Below, in pieces: positions 53,384 through 63,412 of a DNA stretch of 64,000 bases. Position numbers and translations under genes: made by a program. The notes below the pieces were generated by a model. The model ran no database searches. It saw only the letters and a program-made list of their open reading frames with translations, and was not told the origin of the DNA. Source of the stretch: Vicinamibacteria bacterium (GTDB lineage Bacteria; Acidobacteriota; Vicinamibacteria; Fen-336; JAGNNV01); assembly GCA_019694155.1 (NCBI GenBank), contig JAIBCN010000181.1, forward strand, positions 6,523-70,522, written 5' to 3'. How positions within the stretch are numbered: the first letter of the stretch is position 1; each line of letters opens with the position of its first letter.

Positions 53384-54360
53384 GATGCTTCTCCCCTGGC
53401 GATCGGACGGAAGGCGACGAGAAGGAAGGAAGCGAGCAGCGCCGCTCCCAGAGCGACCTTGACCTCCGGGTCGACGGTTTCCGAGGGCGAGACGAATCCC
53501 TCCACCACGCCTAGGACGAGAAACCACGGCAGGATGCCGACGAGCCCGGTCATCGCGCGTCGCGCCGCCGCGCCGGCCGCGGCCTGGCGTGATCGATCGT
53601 GGGGAGCGAGCAGCGCGTGACCCATGGCCAGCCCATGGCCCGCGCTCACCAGGATCAACGTCAGCTCGAGGGGCCCATGAGCCCCGATGAATTCGAAGAG
53701 GTCGCCGCTCATGCCGAACCGGGTTGTGGTCGCGAAGACCGCTCCGAGCAGGAAGCCGTTGTTCAGCACCACGAAGATGGAACCGAGGCCAAAAAGGACA
53801 CCGCCGACCCAGGCGGTTATGGCCACCGACATGTTGTTCGTGGCGATGGCCGAGGACGACACGCTCGCGGGCACCACCCGGGAGATGCTCTCCGTCCACA
53901 GTTCTCCCCGCTCGAGATTGGTGATCGCCTCCGGTCCGAGGATCTGCGTTCCGATCGAGGGCTGAATCGTGGAGGCCGAGAACGCCATCGCGATGGAGCA
54001 GACGAACAAGACGGCGCACAGGGCCATGTGCGGCGCGTGGGCCCGCATCGCGGCCGGGAAGAGGTCTGCGAAGAAGCGCCGCAAAGAGAAGCGCTCTTTC
54101 GGGTCTTCGGCGAAAAGGAGGTGCGTGGCTTCCACGGCGAGAGCCTCCAGCCGCCGGCCGAGAGCGCTCCCGGGAAACCGCGCGCGGGCCAAAGCGTGGT
54201 CCTGAAGAATGCGCCGATAGTCCACGGCGAGCGCCTCGAGACCGTCGAAAGTCAGCGACCCGGGTGCGGCGCGCGCGCTACGCAAACGTTCCGCGAAAGA
54301 GGACCAGAAGGCCTCCCGCGACTTCGCGAAATGAATGTAGCCCTGAGCCCCTTCATGCAT
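53380..54360 (-). CDS. Stage II sporulation protein M-like (DUF95) membrane protein
   Basis: Soluble N-terminal domain, then 5-6 TMs with the characteristic GFLLG / VEGFVSP region. Confidence 0.65.
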   Translation of the reverse strand: MHEGAQGYIHFAKSREAFWSSFAERLRSARAAPGSLTFDGLEALAVDYRRILQDHALARARFPGSALGRRLEALAVEATHLLFAEDPKERFSLRRFFADLFPAAMRAHAPHMALCAVLFVCSIAMAFSASTIQPSIGTQILGPEAITNLERGELWTESISRVVPASVSSSAIATNNMSVAITAWVGGVLFGLGSIFVVLNNGFLLGAVFATTTRFGMSGDLFEFIGAHGPLELTLILVSAGHGLAMGHALLAPHDRSRQAAAGAAARRAMTGLVGILPWFLVLGVVEGFVSPSETVDPEVKVALGAALLASFLLVAFRPIARGEAS

Positions 54361-55046
54361 CGGTCACACCCAACTCGTGGCGCAGCCGTTCCACCGGATC
54401 GCGCTCGGTTACCGGGCCCAGAAAGCCCGGACTGTCTCTTCCGATGCTATCAAGCAAACGTTCGGCCAGGCCGCGCGCCCGCGCCGGCTCCATCGAGCCG
54501 CTCCGGCGCAGGAACTCCTCGGCCACCGCGATCTCCTTCGACCCCCAGTGCTGGGGCACGCGTCGCACGATCGCCTCCTTCGTGTGACCCGCGGTTTCGA
54601 GCACCAGGGTCGAGGCGAGACGATCGCCGATGCGCTGCGCCAGGGGGTGCCAGATCATGAAGGGCACGCCCACGGCCATGTCCAGGCTGCGGAAGGCGTT
54701 TCTCACCAGGATCGCCCCCTTGGACGCCTGTCCGCCCAGTCGGGTCGTGACTCGCAGGCCGAACACCCGTTTCCCCGGGGTCTGTCCCCCCATCGCGATT
54801 TCGAGTCCGACGAAGTACCCGTATTCGAGGACGAAGTAACCGAGGATGAACACCGCGATGAACCACGGTGATCGTGCGCCCGTGCTGATGACGCCCCAGA
54901 CTCCGAACACCATGATCGCGGTCACGAGGATTCCGAAGATCAGATAGTCCAGCAGGCTCGCGAGGATGCGCAGCGGAAAGGGAGCGATGGGAAGACGCAC
55001 CTCGACGTTGTCGAGGCCCAGCAGGGTTTCAGGGCGCAGATCCGAC
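54353..55046 (-). CDS. RDD-family membrane protein with C-terminal soluble extension
   Basis: RDD signature context (RILASLLDYLIFGILV...GQTPGKRVFGLRV). A non-ATG start is inferred just downstream of the ROK kinase stop (TTG at about 55046). The start is uncertain. Confidence 0.6.
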
Positions 55047-55053
55047 AAGGGCG

Positions 55054-55956
55054 TCAGGCCTTCTCCGGCCAAAGCCAGGCCGCGCCCCGGACGCCGCTCG
55101 AGTCGCCGAACTTCGGAGACAGCAATTCGGTGGTGACGCGATCCGAGAACACGTATCGGGACCACTGCGCGGGCACGTCGCGGTAAAGCCGCTCGATACT
55201 CGACAGACCGCCGCCCAGGACGATGGCGTCGGGGTCGATCACGTTGATGATGGTCGCAAGGGCGCGCGCGAGCCGGTTCACGTACCGATCGAGGCACGAC
55301 ACCGCCTCTCGCTCGCCCGCCCCGGCGCGACCCACGATCTCCACGGGCTCGGCCGGCTGACCGGTGGCCTGCTTGTAGTCGCGAGCGAGCCCGGGTCCGG
55401 AGAGGAACGTCTCGATGCAGCCGCTGCGCCCGCAGTAGCAGCTCTCGCCCGGCCATTCGCCGCTTTCCGGCCAGGGCATGGGGTTGTGCCCCCACTCTCC
55501 GCCCACCGCGTTCCGGCCATGCAGGATGCGCCCCCGCACCACCACGCCTCCGCCCGTCCCGGTTCCGAGGATGACGCCGAACACGCATTCGCGTCCCGCG
55601 GCCGCGCCGTCGCTCGCCTCCGAGAGCGCGAAGCAGTTCGCGTCGTTTTCAATTCGGAGCGGACGGCCGAGGGCGGCCAGAAGATCGCGGTCGAGGGGCC
55701 GGCCGTTCAAGCACACCGAGTTCGCATTCTTCACGAGGCCGGTCGCGGGGGAGATGATCCCCGGCATGCCCATTCCGATCGAAGCGCCCACGCCGGTCTC
55801 GCTCTCGAGGCGGCGCACCAGGTCGACGATGGCTCGCACCGTGCCGTCGTAGTCCCCCTGGGGTGTGGGCACGCGACGCCGCGCCGTGATGACGCCCGCG
55901 GCATCGAGCACGACGCCTTCGATCTTGGTTCCGCCGAGGTCGATGCCGAGTCTCAA
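55054..55956 (-). CDS. ROK-family sugar kinase (N-acetylglucosamine kinase / glucokinase-like)
   Basis: LGIDLGGTKI, GxGxGGG, and the Zn motif CYCGRSGC (CxCGxxGC). 300 aa. Confidence 0.9.
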   Translation of the reverse strand: MRLGIDLGGTKIEGVVLDAAGVITARRRVPTPQGDYDGTVRAIVDLVRRLESETGVGASIGMGMPGIISPATGLVKNANSVCLNGRPLDRDLLAALGRPLRIENDANCFALSEASDGAAAGRECVFGVILGTGTGGGVVVRGRILHGRNAVGGEWGHNPMPWPESGEWPGESCYCGRSGCIETFLSGPGLARDYKQATGQPAEPVEIVGRAGAGEREAVSCLDRYVNRLARALATIINVIDPDAIVLGGGLSSIERLYRDVPAQWSRYVFSDRVTTELLSPKFGDSSGVRGAAWLWPEKA

Positions 55957-55959
55957 GCG

Positions 55960-57054
55960 CTACACCTTGATGTGGATCTGGCGCCGGTCGAGCCACCACA
56001 AGACGGCGTACCAGCCCGCCACGTTGGCGAGGGCGAAGGCGAGGGAAGCGTTAAACGGAGTCAGCCAGGACGACAAGAGAGTCTTGTAGATGAAGACCTG
56101 GGATGAGACCGAACTCTCGCCGAGAGGGAGCTTGATGATGGCCATGGTCTTGGCCAGGAGCCCCGAGGCCACGAAGACCACGATGGCGTTGACGCCGTAG
56201 ATCACCATGGGTTTCATGGGGCTCTTGAAACCCCTCACGTCGGCGATCCAGTAGAAGCCCGCCAGCAGGAGCGAGGCGAGACCGGCGGTGAAGAGAACGT
56301 AGGAGGACGTCCACAGACTCTTGTTGATGGGGAAGACGGTATCCCACGCGATTCCCGAGACGCAAAGGATGAAGCCCGAGATCACCAGCCGCCGGATGAT
56401 TTCAGTCGCCGCGAGACCCGCCCGGAAGAGCGAACCGGCGAGATAGCCGAGGAGCGTCGTGCCCACCGCGGGGACCGAAGAGAGGAGGCCCTCCGGATCC
56501 CAGGTCTTCGAGGTGACCCACAGGTGCGGTCCGAAGATCAGACGGTCGAGCCAGGCTCCGAGATTCGTTTCCGGCTCGAGGTTCGGCGCGATGCCGCCGG
56601 GCACGGGAACCACGGTCATCAGGAACCAGTAGCCAAGGCAGCAAGCCGCGGCGATCGCCGCCACCCCGCGCAGACTGAAGTGCTTCTTGACCAGGAATGC
56701 GACGAAGTAGCACAGGGCGATCCTGGGCAGAACGCCGGGAATCCGCACAGTGAAGATGTTGAACCGCGGATAGAAGGCCATGAAGAAGCCGAGGCCGAAG
56801 ATCTTCAGGGCACGGATGGCTGCGGCCTTCGTGGTGTCGCGGGTGGAGAAGGCGAGCGAAGCCCCCACGATGAACAGGAAGAAGGGAAAGATGAGGTCGG
56901 TGGGCGTCCAGCCGTTCCACGGCGCGTGCTCGAGGGGCCAGTAGATGTGGCCCCAGTCGCCCGGGTTGTTCACCAGAATCATGGCCGCGACCGTGGCCCC
57001 GCGGAACGCATCGACCGACACCAGCCGTTCGCGAGTCATCGTGGTGTACGGCAT
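55960..57054 (-). CDS. HGSNAT-like membrane acyltransferase (DUF1624/DUF5009; heparan-alpha-glucosaminide N-acetyltransferase catalytic-domain-like)
   Basis: N-terminal RxxSVDxxRG motif (RLVSVDAFRGATV). About 10 TMs. Adjacent to the ROK kinase. Confidence 0.65.
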   Translation of the reverse strand: MPYTTMTRERLVSVDAFRGATVAAMILVNNPGDWGHIYWPLEHAPWNGWTPTDLIFPFFLFIVGASLAFSTRDTTKAAAIRALKIFGLGFFMAFYPRFNIFTVRIPGVLPRIALCYFVAFLVKKHFSLRGVAAIAAACCLGYWFLMTVVPVPGGIAPNLEPETNLGAWLDRLIFGPHLWVTSKTWDPEGLLSSVPAVGTTLLGYLAGSLFRAGLAATEIIRRLVISGFILCVSGIAWDTVFPINKSLWTSSYVLFTAGLASLLLAGFYWIADVRGFKSPMKPMVIYGVNAIVVFVASGLLAKTMAIIKLPLGESSVSSQVFIYKTLLSSWLTPFNASLAFALANVAGWYAVLWWLDRRQIHIKV

Positions 57055-57055
57055 C

Positions 57056-58354
57056 CTACAAGCGGATGAGGCGGTCCTTCAGGCTGGGGTAGTCGGGCTC
57101 CAGGATTTCGCTCGCAGCCGGGCGCGCGAGCATGGCTCGAAGCGCGGGCGGGGGCTCGACCTCATGACCGACCAGCGGTTCCACCACGTCCTCGAACTTG
57201 GAAGGATGAGCGGTGGCCACGACACAGAAGTCATCCTTCGATCCGCCCCGCCGCTCGTGCTCGAGCATCTCGATCCCGCAGGCGGTGTGAGGGCAGAAGA
57301 CCTTGCCGTAGTCCGCTTCGCCCGACTTGATGCGCGCGCGGATGGTCTCGTCATCGACCGACAGAGCGCTCAAAGCGGCGTGGAGCGCGGGGTCCTTCGC
57401 CATCATGAAGCGCAGGCGCGCCACGTTCGAGGGGTCGCCCACATCCATGGCGTTCGCGAGGGTGGCGACACTCGGCCGGGCATGATATTCGCCGGTCTCC
57501 ACGAACTCCGGCACCGTCCGGTTTCGGTTCGTCGCGAACAGCACGCGGTGGATGGGCAGGCCCGCCCCCTTCGCGATGAGGGCGGCCACCGCGTTGCCGA
57601 GGTTCCCGGTCGGCACGATGAAGGAAAGGGACCGGCCGGTGGCGCGATGATGAAGCAGCGAGGCGAAGGCGTAGTACGTCGCCTGCGGCAGCAGACGACC
57701 CAGGCTGATGCTGTTCGCGGAGGAGAGAGGCACCCTCGCGCGCAGATCGGAATCCGAGAAGGCCTGCTTCGCGAGGGCCTGACACTGATCGAAGCCCGCG
57801 GGCACGCGCAGGGCGAGGACGTTGTCGCCGAAGCAACCGAGTTGATGGGCCTGTCGCTTCGAAACCCGGCCGTCCGGGTAGAGGATGACCACGCGAAAGC
57901 CCGGCATGCGATGAAACGCGGCGGCCACCGCTGACCCGGTGTCTCCCGAAGTCGCGACCAGAATGGTGAGAGGCGTCTCGCCCGCCTCCGTTCCGCGGAG
58001 CCGGCCCAGCGTGTTCGCGAGGAAGCGTGCGCCGTAGTCCTTGAAGGCCGCCGTTGGACCGTGAAACAGCTCGAGGAGGTACGAGCTCTCCGCAAGGGAA
58101 ACGAGGGGCGTCTCGATGTCGAGACTCAGATCGCAGATGAGTCTCAGATCGTCGTGCAGGATATCGCCTTCGAAGAAAGGTCTCAGGAAGACCCGGGCCA
58201 CCTGAGGGAGGGTGGTGCACGCATCGAACCGGCGGAACGGCGAAGCTTCGATCCGATCGGGAAAGTACAGGCCGCCGTCCGGAGCCAGGCCCGCGAGGAG
58301 CGCGGTCGAAAGACCCGCCGGGTCCGCGCGTCCGTTGGTGCTGATGAACTTCAT
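57056..58354 (-). CDS. thrC: Threonine synthase
   Basis: PLP-Lys motif FKDYG (FKDxG) and overall ThrC architecture. 432 aa. Confidence 0.95.
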   Translation of the reverse strand: MKFISTNGRADPAGLSTALLAGLAPDGGLYFPDRIEASPFRRFDACTTLPQVARVFLRPFFEGDILHDDLRLICDLSLDIETPLVSLAESSYLLELFHGPTAAFKDYGARFLANTLGRLRGTEAGETPLTILVATSGDTGSAVAAAFHRMPGFRVVILYPDGRVSKRQAHQLGCFGDNVLALRVPAGFDQCQALAKQAFSDSDLRARVPLSSANSISLGRLLPQATYYAFASLLHHRATGRSLSFIVPTGNLGNAVAALIAKGAGLPIHRVLFATNRNRTVPEFVETGEYHARPSVATLANAMDVGDPSNVARLRFMMAKDPALHAALSALSVDDETIRARIKSGEADYGKVFCPHTACGIEMLEHERRGGSKDDFCVVATAHPSKFEDVVEPLVGHEVEPPPALRAMLARPAASEILEPDYPSLKDRLIRL

Positions 58355-59283
58355 GCGATCACCGAGGCCTTCGGCCCGTCGACCGGAGAAATGTAGACGT
58401 CGGAGTCGAAGCCCGCGCGACCGAAGGCCCTCTGCATCGACGGCGCCGAGCGTTCGGCGGTTCCCCGGTCCGCGAACCAGGCGAACACACTCGGGCCCCC
58501 GCCCGAGATCGAAGCGCCGAGGGCGCCCTCATCCATCGCAGCGTCCTTGACACCCTTGAAGCCGGGGATGAGATGCGCGCGACGCGGTTCCACCAGGACG
58601 TCCCTCAGACCGGCCCGGAGCGAATCGGGATTTCCGGTGAAGAGGCCCACCAGCATCTGCGCGAGTCCGGCGCTTTGGGGCACGAAGTCCGAGATCGCGT
58701 AGGGCATCACGAGGGCTTCGCGCGCCGTTCGTGTTTCGAGCACGAGATGCGGATGGACGACGACGCACGTGAGGCCTTTGGGCACGGGCAGCCGGATGAG
58801 ACGATCCTCGGTCGCGAGCGCGAGTCCTCCGATCAGCATCGGGCCCACGTTGTCGCCATGGCGGCCGCCGCTCGCCGCCGCCTCGCCTTCGAGGGCGAAT
58901 GGATAGAGCTCGGACGCGCGCAGGGGCGTCTCGAGCAGCGCGTTCGCGGCGACGAGAGCCGCGACCGCCGAGGCCGCGGATCCTCCCATTCCCGAGCCGA
59001 GCGGAATCCCCTTCACCACGTCGACTTCGAACCCGAAAGGAAGCCGATGCGCGATCCGGAGCGCGTCGAGAGCCCGCAGCGCCGTGTTCTGTGCGACCTC
59101 AGGAGGAAGTTCCGTGAGGACGCCGGTCACCGATCGCAGTCGCACTTCACCGTCCTCGATCCGCTCCACGCGAACACGGTCCTTCGGACCCTCGAGGGTG
59201 TGGCCGAGGACATCGAAGCCGGTGGCGACGTTGCCGACCGAAGACGGGGCTTCGGCGGTCGCGATGAGAGCGGGATCGGGCAC
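58351..59283 (-). CDS. thrB: Homoserine kinase (GHMP family)
   Basis: GHMP motif PLGSGMGGSAASAVA. 4-nt overlap with thrC. Confidence 0.9.
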   Translation of the reverse strand: MPDPALIATAEAPSSVGNVATGFDVLGHTLEGPKDRVRVERIEDGEVRLRSVTGVLTELPPEVAQNTALRALDALRIAHRLPFGFEVDVVKGIPLGSGMGGSAASAVAALVAANALLETPLRASELYPFALEGEAAASGGRHGDNVGPMLIGGLALATEDRLIRLPVPKGLTCVVVHPHLVLETRTAREALVMPYAISDFVPQSAGLAQMLVGLFTGNPDSLRAGLRDVLVEPRRAHLIPGFKGVKDAAMDEGALGASISGGGPSVFAWFADRGTAERSAPSMQRAFGRAGFDSDVYISPVDGPKASVIA

Positions 59284-59343
59284 GGGAGGTCCATTCTCCC
59301 ATTGCGGGTCCGCGCCCAGAACCTTGTGCTAGCTTCTGGCTCG

Positions 59344-60393
59344 ATGCACGACACGTTCGATCCGAACGCACCCGCGAGTGCGGAGGGCATTTTCGGCCTC
59401 CCCGACAAGCCCGAGGACTCCCGCGTCGTTCTCATTCCAGTGCCGTGGGAAGCCACGGTCTCCTATGGCTCGGGCACCGGAGACGGCCCGTCCGCCATCC
59501 TTCGCGCGAGCCGTCAGGTCGATCTTCTCGATCGCGACACCGGCAAGCCCTATGAATCCGGGATCGCCATGCTGCCGATCTCGGAGACCGTTCACGCCTG
59601 GAGTGAAGAGGCGAAGGCCCTGGCCGCGACCATCATCGAAAAGGGCGGGACGCACGGCGACCCGGAGCTCGAGGCGAACCTGGAGCGGGTCAACCATCTC
59701 GGGCGTCTCCTGAACGGCTGGGTGGCGAACGAAACCCGGGCCTGGCTCGAATGCGACAAGATCGTGGGCATCGTCGGCGGCGATCACTCGGTGCCCCTGG
59801 GCGCCATCGCCGCGATCGCCGACAGGAATCCGGGCCTCGGCATTCTCCACATCGACGCCCACGCGGATCTGCGCGTCGCTTACGAGGGTTTCACCTTCTC
59901 CCATGCCTCCATCATGGACAACGTGATCCGCGAGATTCCCACCGTCGCGAAGCTCGTCCAGGTGGGAGTCCGCGATTACTGCGAGCAGGAAGACAACGCG
60001 ATCAGGGACAGCGCCGGGAGGATCCGGACGTTCTTCGAATCCGACGTAAGGCGCGAGCTTCTCGACGCGGGCTCGTGGCGGCGGGTCTGCAACCGGATCG
60101 TGGCCGAGCTTCCCGAGACCAACTACATTTCGTTCGACATCGACGGCCTCGATCCGACGCTGTGCCCGAACACCGGCACCCCCGTCCCCGGCGGCCTCTC
60201 CTTCGCCGAGATGGTGGTGCTGCTGCGCACTCTCGTTGACAGCGGCCGCAGGATCGTGGGCTTCGACCTCGTCGAAGTGGCGCCCGATCCCACCGGCGCC
60301 TCGGAGTGGGACGGCAACGTCGCGGCCCGCGTGCTCTACAAGATGATCGGCCTTGCCCTGATGTCGAACCGAGGCTTCCCCCGCGCGGCCTAG
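59344..60393 (+). CDS. Arginase/ureohydrolase family enzyme (agmatinase / formiminoglutamase-like)
   Basis: Motifs GGDHS, DAHADL and SFDIDGLDP, which are the binuclear Mn ligands. The ATG is at 59344, inside the 606-aa track ORF. Confidence 0.85.
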   Translation: MHDTFDPNAPASAEGIFGLPDKPEDSRVVLIPVPWEATVSYGSGTGDGPSAILRASRQVDLLDRDTGKPYESGIAMLPISETVHAWSEEAKALAATIIEKGGTHGDPELEANLERVNHLGRLLNGWVANETRAWLECDKIVGIVGGDHSVPLGAIAAIADRNPGLGILHIDAHADLRVAYEGFTFSHASIMDNVIREIPTVAKLVQVGVRDYCEQEDNAIRDSAGRIRTFFESDVRRELLDAGSWRRVCNRIVAELPETNYISFDIDGLDPTLCPNTGTPVPGGLSFAEMVVLLRTLVDSGRRIVGFDLVEVAPDPTGASEWDGNVAARVLYKMIGLALMSNRGFPRAA

Positions 60394-61211
60394 CCCTTCG
60401 GCTTCTCCTCGGTATCGACGCTGAACCGTCGATAGTTCGAGTAAGTCGTGGTGCTGCGGATCCGGAAAGTCTTGAAGAGGAAGGCGCGGCCGGTGGCGAG
60501 GGTCACCACCTTCCTCGGCAGCCACACCTTACCGTCGATCGCGGCGTACTCCATGAGCAGTTCGAAGCTTCCGACCTTCACCCCGGTGGCTACACTCGCT
60601 TTCTGTCCGGGCGTGTTCCGGGCCTCGAGCTTCGCTACCCTCAGATCCGCTTCGTCTATGTGCAGCCGACCGGTGAGGATCCGTGTGACCGCGTCCGCGG
60701 CCCGGTCTCCCCGCCTTTTCGGCGCCGCTTCTTTCCGCGGCTCGAAATCGAAGACGAGCGTGGGCCGTCCCTCACGCTCCTCCCGGGCCACCGTCTTGAA
60801 GTCGAACGAGTCGAGGAGGGTGGCGAGCCTGAGTCCGGGTTGCTCGCTCACCGTCCGTCCCTCCGCGATGGCCCTCGCCTGCGCCTCCGCCCGCCGATCG
60901 ACCTCCGCCTGCTCGGCGGCCCCGAGGGGCACGCCGTTCCGCGAGATCAGCCGTTTCACCGGCCGGGTTTTGACGAAGTACACCTCGTAGCGCCGCGTCT
61001 CGCGCGAGGTTGCGATGCCGTCCTTGTCGAGATGCTCCCGGGACTCCTCGAGGTCGTACGAGTAGTCGTTGATCAGCGTGTCCTGCGGACGGGCGCCGCC
61101 GATCGCGCTCCGGACGTACGCGTTCCCTTCGGGAAGGGCCTCCTGCGGGAAGGCCCGAGGGGAGAAGGCGAGCGACCAGACCGCGACCGCCGCGATCCGG
61201 GCCGGACTCAA
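60390..61211 (-). CDS. Secreted hypothetical protein
   Basis: Signal peptide (AAVAVWSLAFSPRAF). Mixed charged/beta-rich sequence. No recognisable motif. Confidence 0.5.
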   Translation of the reverse strand: MSPARIAAVAVWSLAFSPRAFPQEALPEGNAYVRSAIGGARPQDTLINDYSYDLEESREHLDKDGIATSRETRRYEVYFVKTRPVKRLISRNGVPLGAAEQAEVDRRAEAQARAIAEGRTVSEQPGLRLATLLDSFDFKTVAREEREGRPTLVFDFEPRKEAAPKRRGDRAADAVTRILTGRLHIDEADLRVAKLEARNTPGQKASVATGVKVGSFELLMEYAAIDGKVWLPRKVVTLATGRAFLFKTFRIRSTTTYSNYRRFSVDTEEKPKG

Positions 61212-62227
61212 GAGCGGCTTCTCTGGATCCGGGTCGCGATCGCCTCTTCGACCTCGCTCGTGGAAGCGCTGCCTCCGAGATCGCGCGGCATGTGCCTGCC
61301 TTCCTTGAGGACGGCGGCAACCGCGGCGCGCACGCGGTTTCCGGCTTCGAGCTCGCCGATGTGGTCGAGGAGCATCGCGCCGGAGAGGATCACCGCGATG
61401 GGGTTCGCGATGTTCTTCCCCGCGATGTCGGGAGCGCTCCCGTGAACGGCCTCGAAGGTGGCGCCTTTCTCGCCGATGTTGGCGCCGGGGGCGAGTCCGA
61501 GGCCGCCCACGAGGCCCGCGCAGAGGTCGGAGACGATGTCGCCGTACAGATTCTCTAGCAGCAGCATGTCGAAGCGGGTGGGGTCGAGGACGAGCTGCAT
61601 GCAGCAGTTGTCCACGATGATGTCGTCATACTTGATGTCGGGGAAGTCGGCCGCGACCTTGGCGCAGCAGTCGAGGAACAGTCCATCCGAGAGCTTCATG
61701 ATGTTGGCCTTGTGCACGGCGGTGATCCGCTTGCGGCCGTGGGTGCGCGCGTAGTTGAAGGCGAACTTCGCGATTCGGGTCGAAGCCTTCTCCGTGATGA
61801 CCTTGATGGACTCGACCACCCCCGGCACCACCACGTGCTCGAGGCCGGAGTAGAGGTCCTCGGTGTTCTCCCGGATGATGACCATGTCCACGTGGTCGTA
61901 CCGGCTCTTGACTCCGGGCAGGGTCTTGATCGGGCGCACGTTGGCGTACAGGTCGAGCGTCTTGCGCAGGGCCACGTTGATGGAGGCATGGCCCCCCCCG
62001 ATCGGTGTGGTGGTGGGTCCTTTCAGGGCCAGGCCGGTCTTGCGGATCGAGTCGAGCGTTTTCTGGGGAAGAGGCGTGCCCTCCATGGCGATGGCCATGG
62101 CCCCCGCCATCTGGGTCTCCCACTTGATGACGACGCCGGTCGCCTCGATCACACGGACGGTGGCCGCCACCACCTCGGGGCCGATTCCATCGCCCGCGAT
62201 CAACGTCCCTTTTCGAACTGCGCTCAT
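61208..62227 (-). CDS. NAD-dependent isocitrate / homoisocitrate / isopropylmalate dehydrogenase family enzyme
   Basis: Motifs IRENTEDLYSG and NLYGDIVSDL, GxGxxPEV N-terminus. 339 aa. Confidence 0.85.
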   Translation of the reverse strand: MSAVRKGTLIAGDGIGPEVVAATVRVIEATGVVIKWETQMAGAMAIAMEGTPLPQKTLDSIRKTGLALKGPTTTPIGGGHASINVALRKTLDLYANVRPIKTLPGVKSRYDHVDMVIIRENTEDLYSGLEHVVVPGVVESIKVITEKASTRIAKFAFNYARTHGRKRITAVHKANIMKLSDGLFLDCCAKVAADFPDIKYDDIIVDNCCMQLVLDPTRFDMLLLENLYGDIVSDLCAGLVGGLGLAPGANIGEKGATFEAVHGSAPDIAGKNIANPIAVILSGAMLLDHIGELEAGNRVRAAVAAVLKEGRHMPRDLGGSASTSEVEEAIATRIQRSRS

Positions 62228-62892
62228 TACGTTCCCCCGTTCTGGTGCTTCTTGAGTATCTCGATGACGGCCTCTGGCGTTTCCGCGACCTGCAGGATCT
62301 TCGCCTCCTGCGCCCCCACTTTCCCACGCGCGACCAGTGAGTTCTGAATCCAGTCGAGAAGGCCCTGCCAGTGCGCCCGGTCCCCGGCCAGAATGATGGG
62401 GAAGGGCTCGATCTTCTTGGTCTGCACGAGGGTCACCGCCTCGAAGAGCTCATCGAGCGTTCCGAAGCCTCCCGGCATCACCACGAAGGCGCGCGCGAAC
62501 TTGACGAACATCACCTTGCGCACGAAGAAGTACTTGAAGGAGATCGTGTGGGTCAGGTAGGGGTTGGGCTTTTCTTCGCGGGGGAGGAGGATGCAAAGGC
62601 CGACCGACCGTCCTTCCGCCTCGAAGGCCCCCCGGTTCGCCGCCTCCATGTCTCCCGGCCCCCCGCCCGTGATGACGTCGTATCCCGCCTTGGCGAGGGC
62701 GTAGCCCATGGCGCGGGCATCCTCGTAGTCCTGGGTTCCAGGCTTCGACCGGGCTGACCCGAACACCGTGACGCCTCGCTCGATGCCCTGGAGTTCGTCG
62801 AACCCCTCGACGAACTCCGACATGATCTTGAACATCCGCCAGGCGTCTTTGCCGGAAAAGTCGATCCCGGAAAACCCTATGCCTTCTGCCAT
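62227..62892 (-). CDS. LOG-family protein (TIGR00730; cytokinin riboside 5'-monophosphate phosphoribohydrolase-like)
   Basis: Motifs GGGPGDMEA and PGGFGTLDELFE. Confidence 0.9.
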   Translation of the reverse strand: MAEGIGFSGIDFSGKDAWRMFKIMSEFVEGFDELQGIERGVTVFGSARSKPGTQDYEDARAMGYALAKAGYDVITGGGPGDMEAANRGAFEAEGRSVGLCILLPREEKPNPYLTHTISFKYFFVRKVMFVKFARAFVVMPGGFGTLDELFEAVTLVQTKKIEPFPIILAGDRAHWQGLLDWIQNSLVARGKVGAQEAKILQVAETPEAVIEILKKHQNGGT

Positions 62893-62983
62893 GGCTTCAT
62901 TATCCCTTGTCTTTCGCGGGAACCTTTCCCGAATCCCGGGCGTTAGAAAGGTCAGGAACCACCGGACTCAGGAGAAACATCCA

Positions 62984-63391
62984 ATGCTTCAACGACTTGC
63001 GATCACCGCGGCCCTGGCCTTCACCACCGTCGGGTGCCTGGTCAATGTCAGCCACGTCTCAAACCCCGACCGCTATTTCGACGAGGCGAGGCGCAGCGCG
63101 AACTCGGTGGCCGGCCAGCAGGGGCCGGCGAGGGAGCTGCGGGTCCTCGTGTACGACGCCGACGAACGGAAGCTGGTTCGGGTCGAGGTGCCTCTCTCCC
63201 TCGTCCGCCGGCTGGCAGACAACCAGGATTTCGACGATCACGACTTCTGCCACTCCGGGAGCCGGGGCTGTTCCGAGGCGCGCCGCAAGCTCCGGAAGTT
63301 CCGGGGCCGGGACCTTGAAAAGCTCCCGCTCGGCCCGCTCGTCGAAGTCACCGAGGATGATGGCGAACGTGTCTTTGTCTATTTGCGCTGA
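62984..63391 (+). CDS. Small lipoprotein, hypothetical
   Basis: Lipobox TTVGC. GGAG RBS upstream of the ATG at 62984. 135 aa. Confidence 0.55.
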   Translation: MLQRLAITAALAFTTVGCLVNVSHVSNPDRYFDEARRSANSVAGQQGPARELRVLVYDADERKLVRVEVPLSLVRRLADNQDFDDHDFCHSGSRGCSEARRKLRKFRGRDLEKLPLGPLVEVTEDDGERVFVYLR

Positions 63392-63412
63392 GGTCATCGA
63401 AGATCCCATCTT

